Assembly (NCBI GenBank): GCA_964373295.1
Contig: CAYJUA010000001.1
Coordinates: 85,600-118,211, forward strand
Length of the DNA stretch: 32,612 nt
Direction: 5' to 3'
DNA from: an uncultured Planctomycetia bacterium
GTDB taxonomy: Bacteria; Omnitrophota; Gorgyraeia; 1-14-0-20-64-10
Both the position numbers and the translations under genes were made by a program. Positions 23,639 through 30,893 of this stretch are shown here, piece after piece (within the stretch, counting starts at the first letter, position 1; the number at the start of each line of letters is the position of its first letter). The notes below the pieces were generated by a model, which saw nothing but the letters and a program-made list of their open reading frames with translations, did no database searches and was not told where the DNA came from.

Positions 23639-25552
23639 GTGAGCAGCCGGATCCTCATCACCGCGCCCTCCTCCCTCGGGCGGTGGGCGCACGCCGGCTC
23701 CTCTTCATCCTGGGTTTACCTTGGGACCGACCTCAGCCGTCGCGCCTCTGCGGAGCGCGCGCTCGGCGCAGAGCGCCGCCTGGAGATCGGGCCGCGCCTC
23801 ACCCAGGCGATGTCTGCCTTGCGACAGCCGTTCTTGGATCTCATCGCCTCTATCGGCGCGGAGCAGACCGACCCTCTCGGATGGTGGTCCAGCCGCTTCT
23901 CCTGGAAGATGTGGACCACTTCCGATCTGTTCCTCCTGATTTGCTGCCTCTGCGTCGCCCGAGACCTCGCGTGCGAAACGCGAAAGAGCGGCGGCTCCCT
24001 GGTGATCGTTGTGGAGGATCGCTGGCTCCTGCGGCAGATCCAGGAGATTCTCGCTGCCGGGCCCGAGCTCGCCGGCTCTCCCGGCGCGCCTCAGGTGCGG
24101 GGAAGGATCGGCCTCGCCGGCGAGAAGACCCGGTTGGTCTTTCTTGGGGCGGCCCGCCGCGCCCGCTGGCTTTGGACGACCCTACGCAACCATTGGCGCC
24201 AGCGCGCGCTCTGGCCGCGGGAGGGGTGGGCTGCACCGGAGCGCCCCGCTGCCGCCATCTGCTCCTATCCCCTCCGCAGCTCGATGACGGGGAGGAACGG
24301 GTGGGAAGACCACCATCTGCCGGGGCTCGACCGTCTCCTGTCAGAGGAAGGGTGGCGGGTGATGCGCTTCACGCCGCCGGACTGCCCGGGCTTCGAAAAG
24401 GATCTGGCGGCGCGCGCCTCCTCCTTCCGGCCGCTGGTCCTCTTCGCCACGCCCCGCCGGGTCTGGCGCTCCCTTCTGGCCCTGTGGCGCCCCCGCTGGC
24501 CGGCCGATCCCAAGGTCGGAGAGCTCTCGGTCGGCTGGCTCCTCCGCCGGGAGTGGTGGTTGGACGTCGGCCGCAGCTCCTTCTGCGGCTTCCGCCTCTT
24601 CTATGAGACGCTGGATGCGCTGCTTTCGCGCGGCTCCTGGGGCCCGGTGATCTTCTCCTACGAGAACCAGCCGTGGGAGAAGCTGACCGTGCTGGCTGCC
24701 CGGCGCCATGGGGCCAGCACCTGCGGCATCCAGACGGCGATCCTCTCCCCCGACTACCTGCCCTACGCGCTGGGGAAGGAGGAGGAAACGCGCATCCCGC
24801 TGCCCGATTCAGTCCTGACCTCCGGCCCTTACGCACGGCGAGTTCTGGCGGAGGGGGGCATGCCCTCCGAACGGCTGCAGATCTGCGGCGCGATTCGGTA
24901 CCAAGCGCTGGTGAAAGCGGCCACAAATCTAAAATCGGTACCGGGTACCATCTCAGGTACGGTACCTGGTACCGCTCTTCGATCGCGGGTGCTGGTCGTC
25001 CTGCCGATCCACCCCCCGGTCTGCGAGGACCTCCTGGAGGCGATCCGCCGCGCTTTTCCCGACGGTGGGAAGGCCGACGGGCTCGAGCTCACGGTCCGCC
25101 CGCATCCGCTTTACGCGGCGGGGGCCGCCCGGCTGCGGTTCCCGGCGCGCGTCCTGCCCTCCAGCTTCCGGGACATCGGCGAGGCTCTGGCGGACTGCGG
25201 GCTGGTCCTCTTCGCGGGCAGCACGGTCGGATTCGAGGCAATGGCTCAGGGCGTACCGGCGCTGCGCTACCGTCCGGAGACCACCCTGGACGTGGACCTC
25301 GATGTCTACGGGGACGCCGTTCCCCTCTGCGGGGAACGGGACCTGCGGGAAGCGCTGCTCGGGCTCATCCGCCGCGGCCCACCTCTGGGCTGGGAGGAGC
25401 GGACCAGGGAGCGCGTTCTCCAACTCTTTGCCCCCTTTAACGCAAGGGGCGTCCGGGAAGCTTTCGGGCGTGGTAAAATAACGAATTTAAGCGGATTCCT
25501 TCCCGATGATCAGCTTGAGCCAGACGCCGCCGGGCAACGGCAGGGACCCTAA
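23639..25552 (+). CDS. Large uncharacterised protein with a GT-B-like C-terminal half (putative surface-carbohydrate transferase)
   Basis: GTG 23639. ICGAIRYQALVKA, a linker, then RVLVVLPIHP..., LTVRPHP and LFAGSTVGFEAMAQGVPALRY resemble a two-Rossmann glycosyltransferase. The linker holds repeat copy R2-b. The 3' end overlaps the next gene by 47 nt. Confidence 0.65.
   Translation: MSSRILITAPSSLGRWAHAGSSSSWVYLGTDLSRRASAERALGAERRLEIGPRLTQAMSALRQPFLDLIASIGAEQTDPLGWWSSRFSWKMWTTSDLFLLICCLCVARDLACETRKSGGSLVIVVEDRWLLRQIQEILAAGPELAGSPGAPQVRGRIGLAGEKTRLVFLGAARRARWLWTTLRNHWRQRALWPREGWAAPERPAAAICSYPLRSSMTGRNGWEDHHLPGLDRLLSEEGWRVMRFTPPDCPGFEKDLAARASSFRPLVLFATPRRVWRSLLALWRPRWPADPKVGELSVGWLLRREWWLDVGRSSFCGFRLFYETLDALLSRGSWGPVIFSYENQPWEKLTVLAARRHGASTCGIQTAILSPDYLPYALGKEEETRIPLPDSVLTSGPYARRVLAEGGMPSERLQICGAIRYQALVKAATNLKSVPGTISGTVPGTALRSRVLVVLPIHPPVCEDLLEAIRRAFPDGGKADGLELTVRPHPLYAAGAARLRFPARVLPSSFRDIGEALADCGLVLFAGSTVGFEAMAQGVPALRYRPETTLDVDLDVYGDAVPLCGERDLREALLGLIRRGPPLGWEERTRERVLQLFAPFNARGVREAFGRGKITNLSGFLPDDQLEPDAAGQRQGP
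24929..24974 (-). repeat. GGTACC-rich palindromic repeat, family 2, copy b (inverted, intragenic)
   Basis: The reverse complement is CGGTACCAGGTACCGTACCTGAGATGGTACCCGGTACCGATTTTAG. Its first 16 nt are identical to copy a at 30848. Five GGTAC(C) motifs fall within about 37 nt. Confidence 0.85.
25471..25479 (+). promoter_or_regulatory. Candidate extended -10 promoter element (TGGTAAAAT) in the only AT-rich patch of the window
   Basis: TGnTAnnnT-type sequence 27 nt upstream of ATG 25506, inside the AT-rich stretch GGTAAAATAACGAATTTAAGCGG. No convincing -35 element. Sigma-70-like recognition is an assumption. Confidence 0.25.
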
Positions 25553-27068
25553 GGACTTCCGGGTCCTTTTTCTCTACCCCAACATCCAGATGTGCGCCCT
25601 CATGCCCACGGGTGTGGCGCTCCTTTCGGCCATGCTCAAGCAGGAGGGCTTCACCGTCGACCTCTTCGACTGCACCTTCTACAAGAACCCCCTAACCAGC
25701 AATTACCCCTTCTACCAGACCAACCTCCGGCCGGTGAACTGGGAGGGAAAGCACGTTGCCTTCTACGAGACGGACATGATCGCCGACTTCCAGAAAAAGG
25801 TGGACGACTTCCAGCCGGACCTCATCGCCGTCTCGGTGGTGGAGAACACCTACTTCATTGGCCTCCAAATGGTGAGGGCCCTGCGCCAGAGGGTGCCCAC
25901 GGTCTTCGGCGGCGTCTTCGCCACCTACGCGCCGGACAAGTGCATCCGGGAGGAGCGGATCGATTTCGTCTGCCGCGGGGAGGGGGAGGAGGCGCTGGTG
26001 GACCTGTGCCTGCGGCTCTCCCGTGACCTGCCGGTCAAGGACACCCCGAACTTCTGGGTCAAGGAGGACGGCCAGCTCCATCAGAACCCGATGCGGCAGA
26101 CGCTCGATATCAACACCCTCCCGTACCCGGACTTCGACCTCTTCGAGCCCCAGAGTATCTACCGGGCCATGCAGGGGAAGGTCTGGCGGACGATCGGGAT
26201 GGAGACCCAGCGGGGCTGCCCTTACACCTGCGGCTACTGCAACTCCCCCTCCAACAACTCCACCTACAGCGCCGACAAGGCCGGGCGCTTCTACCGGAAG
26301 AAGCGGATGGACCGGGCCCACGAGGAGCTTTCCTACCTGGCAAAAAAATACCGGCCGGAGCTGATCTACTTCGTCGTGGACACCTTCCTGGCGATGGGGG
26401 ACGCGGAGTTCCTGGAGCTGGCCAACATGTACATGGACCTCCGGGTCCCGTTTTGGATGAACACCCGCTGCGAGACGATCACGGAGGAACGGGCGGGGTG
26501 GCTGGAGCGGATGAACATGCTCCGGATGAACATGGGGATCGAGCACGGGAACGCCGAGTACCGGGAGAGGTTTCTCCACCGGAAGCTCACCAACGAGCGG
26601 ATGCTGGAGGCGTTCCGCGCCGTGGCCGGGCGGAGGTACACAACGGTGGGGAACAGCATCATCGGGATGCCCGAGGAGACGCGGGATCTCGCCTTCGACA
26701 CGATCCGATTCAACCGGGCGCTTCCCAAGGAGATCGAGACGACCGGCGCCTTCATCTTCGCCCCGTACCACGGCACACCTCTGCGGGAGATGGCGATCCA
26801 GAAGGGGTACCTCGACCCGAACTCGATCTGCTCCCTCAACTCCCTGGAGGGGAGCATGCTGACGAGCATGCCTCAGTTCCCCCAGGACGAGATCCTGGGA
26901 CTCGAGCGGACCTTCAGCTTTTACGTGGACTTCCCCGAGTCGGACTGGCCGCAGATCCAGCGGGCCGAGAAGCTCGACGCCGAGGGGGATGGAGAGTTCT
27001 CGCGGCTGCGGAAGAAATACCTCAAGGACTTCTTCGGGGCGGGACAGCTGGCCCCCATCGAGGCTTAG
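25506..27068 (+). CDS. B12-binding-domain radical SAM protein (class B-like)
   Basis: ATG 25506. FRVLFLYPN..., LIAVSVVENTY and TVFGGVFAT form the N-terminal B12-binding-type domain. GCPYTCGYC is the CxxxCxxC motif. Confidence 0.85.
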   Translation: MISLSQTPPGNGRDPKDFRVLFLYPNIQMCALMPTGVALLSAMLKQEGFTVDLFDCTFYKNPLTSNYPFYQTNLRPVNWEGKHVAFYETDMIADFQKKVDDFQPDLIAVSVVENTYFIGLQMVRALRQRVPTVFGGVFATYAPDKCIREERIDFVCRGEGEEALVDLCLRLSRDLPVKDTPNFWVKEDGQLHQNPMRQTLDINTLPYPDFDLFEPQSIYRAMQGKVWRTIGMETQRGCPYTCGYCNSPSNNSTYSADKAGRFYRKKRMDRAHEELSYLAKKYRPELIYFVVDTFLAMGDAEFLELANMYMDLRVPFWMNTRCETITEERAGWLERMNMLRMNMGIEHGNAEYRERFLHRKLTNERMLEAFRAVAGRRYTTVGNSIIGMPEETRDLAFDTIRFNRALPKEIETTGAFIFAPYHGTPLREMAIQKGYLDPNSICSLNSLEGSMLTSMPQFPQDEILGLERTFSFYVDFPESDWPQIQRAEKLDAEGDGEFSRLRKKYLKDFFGAGQLAPIEA

Positions 27069-27069
27069 G

Positions 27070-28194
27070 GTGTCCTTGACTTTTCTTTCCCCCAAACCCT
27101 ATCTCGAAAAGGTGGACCGCTGCGGCCGGCCGACGGAGCCGCGGCAGGGCTACGAGCCGATGGACAGGAACGAGCGGACCGTCGAGTTCCCGCCGGAGGT
27201 GGTGGAGGAGATCCGGCGGAGGATCACCTCTTGCCTCCTTCGCGCATCCCCAGAGCCGGAGCCGCTCTACGCCAAGCTGGCGGAGTGGCTCGGCCTCTCC
27301 CGCGACATGCTCCTGCTCGCCCAGGGCTCGGACGCCGCGCTCCGAATGGCGCACGAGTGCTACGCCGGGCCGGGGGATGAGGTCTTGAGCGTCACCCCCT
27401 CCTTCGCCATGTACCCCGTCTACGCGAGGCTGGCCGGCGCCGAGCCGCGCCAGGTCCGCTTCCGCGACGACCTCACCCTCCCGCTGGAGGAGATCCTGGG
27501 GTGGATCAACCGCCGCACCCGCGTCGTGGTGTTGGCCAACCCGAACCAGCCGGTCGAGCGAGTCTTCAGTGACCGGGAGATCCAGACTCTCCTGGAGGCC
27601 TGTCAGCGCAGCGGGACGATGCTGGTGCTGGATGAAGCGTACCACCACTTCTGTGAAGCCACGGCGCTGCCGCGGCTCAAGGAGTATTCCAACCTCATCA
27701 TCACCCGCACCTTCTCCAAGGCGTTCGGCATGGCCGGGCTGCGGCTGGGGTACCTGATCGCCCGTCCCGAGGTCGTCGGGCATCTCTCCAAGCTCCGCCC
27801 GATGTACGAGGTCCACTCGGTCGCCGCGGCGGTGGGGCTCTACCTGCTGGAGCATGAGGAGATCATGCGGGACTATGTGCGCCAAGTGAGGGAAGGCCTC
27901 CCGGCGCTGTCCGAGGGGCTCTCCCGCATGGGGCTGAAGAGCCACGGCGGGCAGAGCAACGCGCTCCTCGCGGCGCTCCCGGTGGGGCTGCCCGCCGCCG
28001 AGTGCGCCCGGGCCCTCAAGGAGAAGGGATTTCTCGTTCGGGCGGAAAGCGAACCGCCTCTCACCAACCACCTGCGCATCACCGTGGGCCCCCGGGAGCA
28101 GGCGGAGCGCTTTCTCTCCGCCCTGGACCAGGTGATCTCCGCCCGCCGGAGAGCAGGGCGCCTCTTGGCTCAGCCGGAGGCCGCGCGCCGATGA
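27070..28194 (+). CDS. Class I/II PLP aminotransferase of the HisC/CobD type
   Basis: GTG 27070 (GAGG 7 nt upstream); ATG 27160 is an alternative. VVLANPNQP, LVLDEAYHHF and TFSKAFGMAGLRLGY (PLP-lysine motif) are typical of histidinol-phosphate aminotransferase-like enzymes. Confidence 0.85.
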   Translation: MSLTFLSPKPYLEKVDRCGRPTEPRQGYEPMDRNERTVEFPPEVVEEIRRRITSCLLRASPEPEPLYAKLAEWLGLSRDMLLLAQGSDAALRMAHECYAGPGDEVLSVTPSFAMYPVYARLAGAEPRQVRFRDDLTLPLEEILGWINRRTRVVVLANPNQPVERVFSDREIQTLLEACQRSGTMLVLDEAYHHFCEATALPRLKEYSNLIITRTFSKAFGMAGLRLGYLIARPEVVGHLSKLRPMYEVHSVAAAVGLYLLEHEEIMRDYVRQVREGLPALSEGLSRMGLKSHGGQSNALLAALPVGLPAAECARALKEKGFLVRAESEPPLTNHLRITVGPREQAERFLSALDQVISARRRAGRLLAQPEAARR

Positions 28195-28775
28195 GCACGC
28201 AGACGGAGGTCCGGCCGGCTCATCGGGAGCTGCTCCGGATCAACATCGGAAGCGGCCGGAGGCGCCTGCCTGGTTTCCTCAGCGTGGACAACAACGCCAA
28301 CGCCGGCGACGTGGATGTGGTCCACGACCTGGAGCGCCTTCCTTGGCCGTTTGAGGAGAGCTCCGTGGGGGAAGTGGTCATGGATCACGCGCTGGAGCAC
28401 TTGGAGGACACGATGGGGGTCGTCCAGGAGCTCCATCGGATCTGCGCCGATGGGGCGCAGATCACGATCCGGGTGCCCCACTTTTCCTGCGCGTGGAATC
28501 ACCCGGGGCATAAGCGGGCGATCGGGGTGGGCCTCTTTAACCATTTCGACCCCCGCCACGAAGAGCGTTACGGCAACTGCCAATTTGAGGTGGGACGGGT
28601 CCGCCTTCGCTGGATGCAGCCCCGCTACCGGACCACCTGGCTGCGGCGGGCGGCCAGTGGCGCGTTGGACTTCCTCGCAAACCTGAGCGTCCGCTTCTGT
28701 CAGCGGATCTGGTGCTACTGGGTGGGCGGGTTTGACGAAATCGAGTTCCGGGTCAGAGTGGTGAAGCCCTCGTGA
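28191..28775 (+). CDS. Small SAM-dependent methyltransferase (Methyltransf_11-like)
   Basis: ATG 28191 forms an ATGA overlap. LRINIGSGRRRLPGFLSVD, VVMDHALEHL and ADGAQITIRVPH. Confidence 0.75.
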   Translation: MSTQTEVRPAHRELLRINIGSGRRRLPGFLSVDNNANAGDVDVVHDLERLPWPFEESSVGEVVMDHALEHLEDTMGVVQELHRICADGAQITIRVPHFSCAWNHPGHKRAIGVGLFNHFDPRHEERYGNCQFEVGRVRLRWMQPRYRTTWLRRAASGALDFLANLSVRFCQRIWCYWVGGFDEIEFRVRVVKPS

Positions 28776-29776
28776 CGGAAGCGCTGGCGAACACCAACTT
28801 CCACAAGGTGACAGCGAGGAGCGTCTTCGACACCCGCGCCGCCGATTCGAGGTTCCGGGAGTATCGGCGTCGATGGGACCAATACCCCCGCACCTTCACG
28901 GTGGCAAGCTTCCCCACGCACCTGGACATCGAGTCCACGGGGGTCTGCAACCTCCGCTGCCCCTTCTGCGCCACCGGCACGAAGAACTGGGGGCCGAACG
29001 AGCGCGGGTACATGCAGATGCCTCTGTACCGCGGGATCATCGACGAGGGAGCCGCCGAGGGGCTCTTCGCCATCAAGCTGAGCTTTCGGGGCGAGCCCAC
29101 CCTGCACCAACAGCTGCCCGAGATGGTGGCCTACGCCAAGGAGAAAGGGATCCTGGACGTCTACTTCAACACCAACGGCACGATGCTCACGGAGAAGCTG
29201 GTGAACCGGCTGATCGACGCGGGGCTGGACCGGATCTCGATCTCCTTCGAGGGGATCGAGAAGGAGCCCTACGAGAAGAGCTACCGTGTGGGGGCCAAGT
29301 ACGACAAGGTGGTGGAGAACGTCCGCACTCTGAAGCGGGTCCGGGACGGGCGGGGGCGGGGGATCCCCCAGATCCGGGTGCAGTCGGTGATGCTCCCAGA
29401 GCTGAAGGAGGCCTTTCCCCAGTACGTGGAGTTCTGGAAGCCCCACGCGGACGAGATCTCCTACCTCGACATGCGCCGGGAAAGCCCTCAGGACGACCAC
29501 CGGGGGATGCGCGGGGACTGGGCCTGCCCGTATCTCTGGCAGAGGATGACGATCCTCTGGGACGGGACCACGCTGCCGTGCCCGATGCCGGGGCTGGCCA
29601 ACTTCGACCTGCTGGCGCTTGGAAACGCCGGGGAGAAGAGCATCAAAGAGATGTGGATGAGCCCCGAGAGCATGCGGTACCGGAAGCTCCACCAATCGAA
29701 GCGGGCCCACGAGCTGGAGGCCTGCGACCGCTGCTCCTTCCGGGCGAACGAACTGCAGAAGCTGGGGGAGCGGTGA
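28772..29776 (+). CDS. Radical SAM/SPASM-domain protein (paralogue of the N-terminal half of 1505..3445)
   Basis: GTG 28772 forms a GTGA overlap. CNLRCPFC (CxxxCxxC), VYFNTNGTML, GLDRISISFEG, and the SPASM-like CPYLWQRMTILWDGTTLPC and CDRCSF. Visibly collinear with the 1505..3445 N-terminal half. Confidence 0.85.
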   Translation: MTEALANTNFHKVTARSVFDTRAADSRFREYRRRWDQYPRTFTVASFPTHLDIESTGVCNLRCPFCATGTKNWGPNERGYMQMPLYRGIIDEGAAEGLFAIKLSFRGEPTLHQQLPEMVAYAKEKGILDVYFNTNGTMLTEKLVNRLIDAGLDRISISFEGIEKEPYEKSYRVGAKYDKVVENVRTLKRVRDGRGRGIPQIRVQSVMLPELKEAFPQYVEFWKPHADEISYLDMRRESPQDDHRGMRGDWACPYLWQRMTILWDGTTLPCPMPGLANFDLLALGNAGEKSIKEMWMSPESMRYRKLHQSKRAHELEACDRCSFRANELQKLGER

Positions 29777-30891
29777 AGCGGCGCCTGCTGGACCACCTCC
29801 GCTGCCTCGAATGCGGCTCGCCGCTGCGGGTGGAGAACCCGGTCTTCCACCCCGTCCGGGAGGAAGAGATCATGGGCGGCGCGCTGGCCTGCGCTCGGTG
29901 CGGCCGTTTCTACCCGGTCCGCGCGGGCATCCCCAGCTTCCTGGAGGGGCTGCGCCCGCATGCCCGGACCCGCTCCAGCTTCGGCTACCTGTGGTCCCGC
30001 TCAGCGGAGCGGCCGGAGATGCCGGCCCGGTACCACCTGGACCGAATGCGGGAATCGCTGCGCCTGCCTCCGCCGCAGGGCCTGGTGCTGGACGCCGGCT
30101 GCGGGGAAGGGATCGACCTGATCAACGCCGCCCGAGATTCTTTACGCGATACCCAGTGGCCGATACCCGCAGAGGGGGCCGATACAGCCCTCGAGTCATC
30201 GCGCACCTCTTACTCCGCGGAGCTCATTGGCGTGGAGCTTTCCGATGGCGGCTCCCGCGTGAGCTTCCAACGGGCCTTCTGGCACCCTTCCGTCCACGTG
30301 ATCCAGGCGGACCTCGCCCGGCTGCCGTTCGCCCCGGAGACGTTCGACTTCATCTATTCCTACGGGGTGCTGCACCACCTGCCGGACCCGGCCGCCGGCA
30401 TGCGGGAGCTGGCGCGGCTGCTCAAACCCGGGGCCAGCGCGGCCGTCTACCTGTACGAGGATTTCAGCGACCGGCGCGGACTGTGGCGCTGGATGCTCGC
30501 GTGGACAAACCGGGTCCGCCGGCTGACCCCGCTCCTGCCGCACCCGCTCCTCTACACCCTCTGCATGACCGGCTCGCCGGTGGTCTTTTCCCTCTTCACC
30601 GTGCCGCACCGGATCCTCCGGCTTCTGCCGGCGGCCCGCGGGCTGGCCGAGGGGTTCCCGTTCCGCCAGGGAACCGGGCCCTTCTCGCTCGTGGGGGATC
30701 TGTACGACCGCTTCAGCACCCCCATCGAGCGACGATACAGCCGGGAGGCCGCCCTGGCGCTCCTCCGCGAAGCGGGGCTAAAGGGTCTCCACGCGGAGCG
30801 AAACCGCGGCTGGATGGTCTTGGGCTCCAAGCCGGCGCATGCGGTTTCGGTACCAGGTACCGTTACTGCATGGTACCAGATACCGAGTTAA
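29773..30891 (+). CDS. Trm112-like zinc-ribbon + class I SAM methyltransferase, carrying an in-frame repeat insertion
   Basis: GTG 29773 forms a GTGA overlap. LRCLECGSPL...CARCGRFYPVRAGIPSFL (CxxC...CxxC, GIPxF). VLDAGCGEGID (motif I), LIGVELS, FDFIYSYGVLHHL and LLKPGASAAVYLYE. Repeat R1-c lies between motif I and beta-2. Repeat R2-a forms the C-terminal tail and supplies the TAA stop. Confidence 0.8.
   Translation: MKRRLLDHLRCLECGSPLRVENPVFHPVREEEIMGGALACARCGRFYPVRAGIPSFLEGLRPHARTRSSFGYLWSRSAERPEMPARYHLDRMRESLRLPPPQGLVLDAGCGEGIDLINAARDSLRDTQWPIPAEGADTALESSRTSYSAELIGVELSDGGSRVSFQRAFWHPSVHVIQADLARLPFAPETFDFIYSYGVLHHLPDPAAGMRELARLLKPGASAAVYLYEDFSDRRGLWRWMLAWTNRVRRLTPLLPHPLLYTLCMTGSPVVFSLFTVPHRILRLLPAARGLAEGFPFRQGTGPFSLVGDLYDRFSTPIERRYSREAALALLREAGLKGLHAERNRGWMVLGSKPAHAVSVPGTVTAWYQIPS
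30142..30187 (-). repeat. GGTACC-rich palindromic repeat, family 1, copy c (inverted, intragenic)
   Basis: The reverse complement is CTGTATCGGCCCCCTCTGCGGGTATCGGCCACTGGGTATCGCGTAA, collinear with copies a and b over its full length. It is translated as LRDTQWPIPAEGADTA. Confidence 0.85.
30848..30891 (+). repeat. GGTACC-rich palindromic repeat, family 2, copy a
   Basis: CGGTACCAGGTACCGTTACTGCATGGTACCAGATACCGAGTTAA. Its TAA is the stop of the methyltransferase, and the next gene's ATG follows 2 nt later. Confidence 0.85.
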
Positions 30892-30893
30892 GG

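Noticed and set aside
27076-27105. TTGACT (27076-27081) followed 17-18 nt later by CTATCT/TATCTC, as a sigma-70-type promoter upstream of a possible ATG 27160 start.
   Set aside because: The -10 is poor: 3 of 6 matches and it lacks the invariant final T. The region is more simply the N-terminal coding sequence of the aminotransferase starting at GTG 27070, which has a GAGG ribosome-binding site.
1048-29680. Isolated GGTACC hexamers inside coding regions (for example near 1049, 5989, 8024, 10647, 15987, 29676).
   Set aside because: Single occurrences are expected at roughly this frequency and mostly arise from CGG-TAC-C or GGT-ACC codon pairs. Only clusters of 3-5 motifs with extended alignment were called as repeats.
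1505-29776. RiPP hypothesis: the SPASM radical SAM enzymes as peptide maturases with a nearby precursor peptide.
   Set aside because: No small unexplained + strand ORF and no intergenic space exists next to either SPASM gene. The neighbours are sugar-pathway enzymes, and one SPASM domain is fused to a GT2. A precursor encoded elsewhere cannot be excluded.
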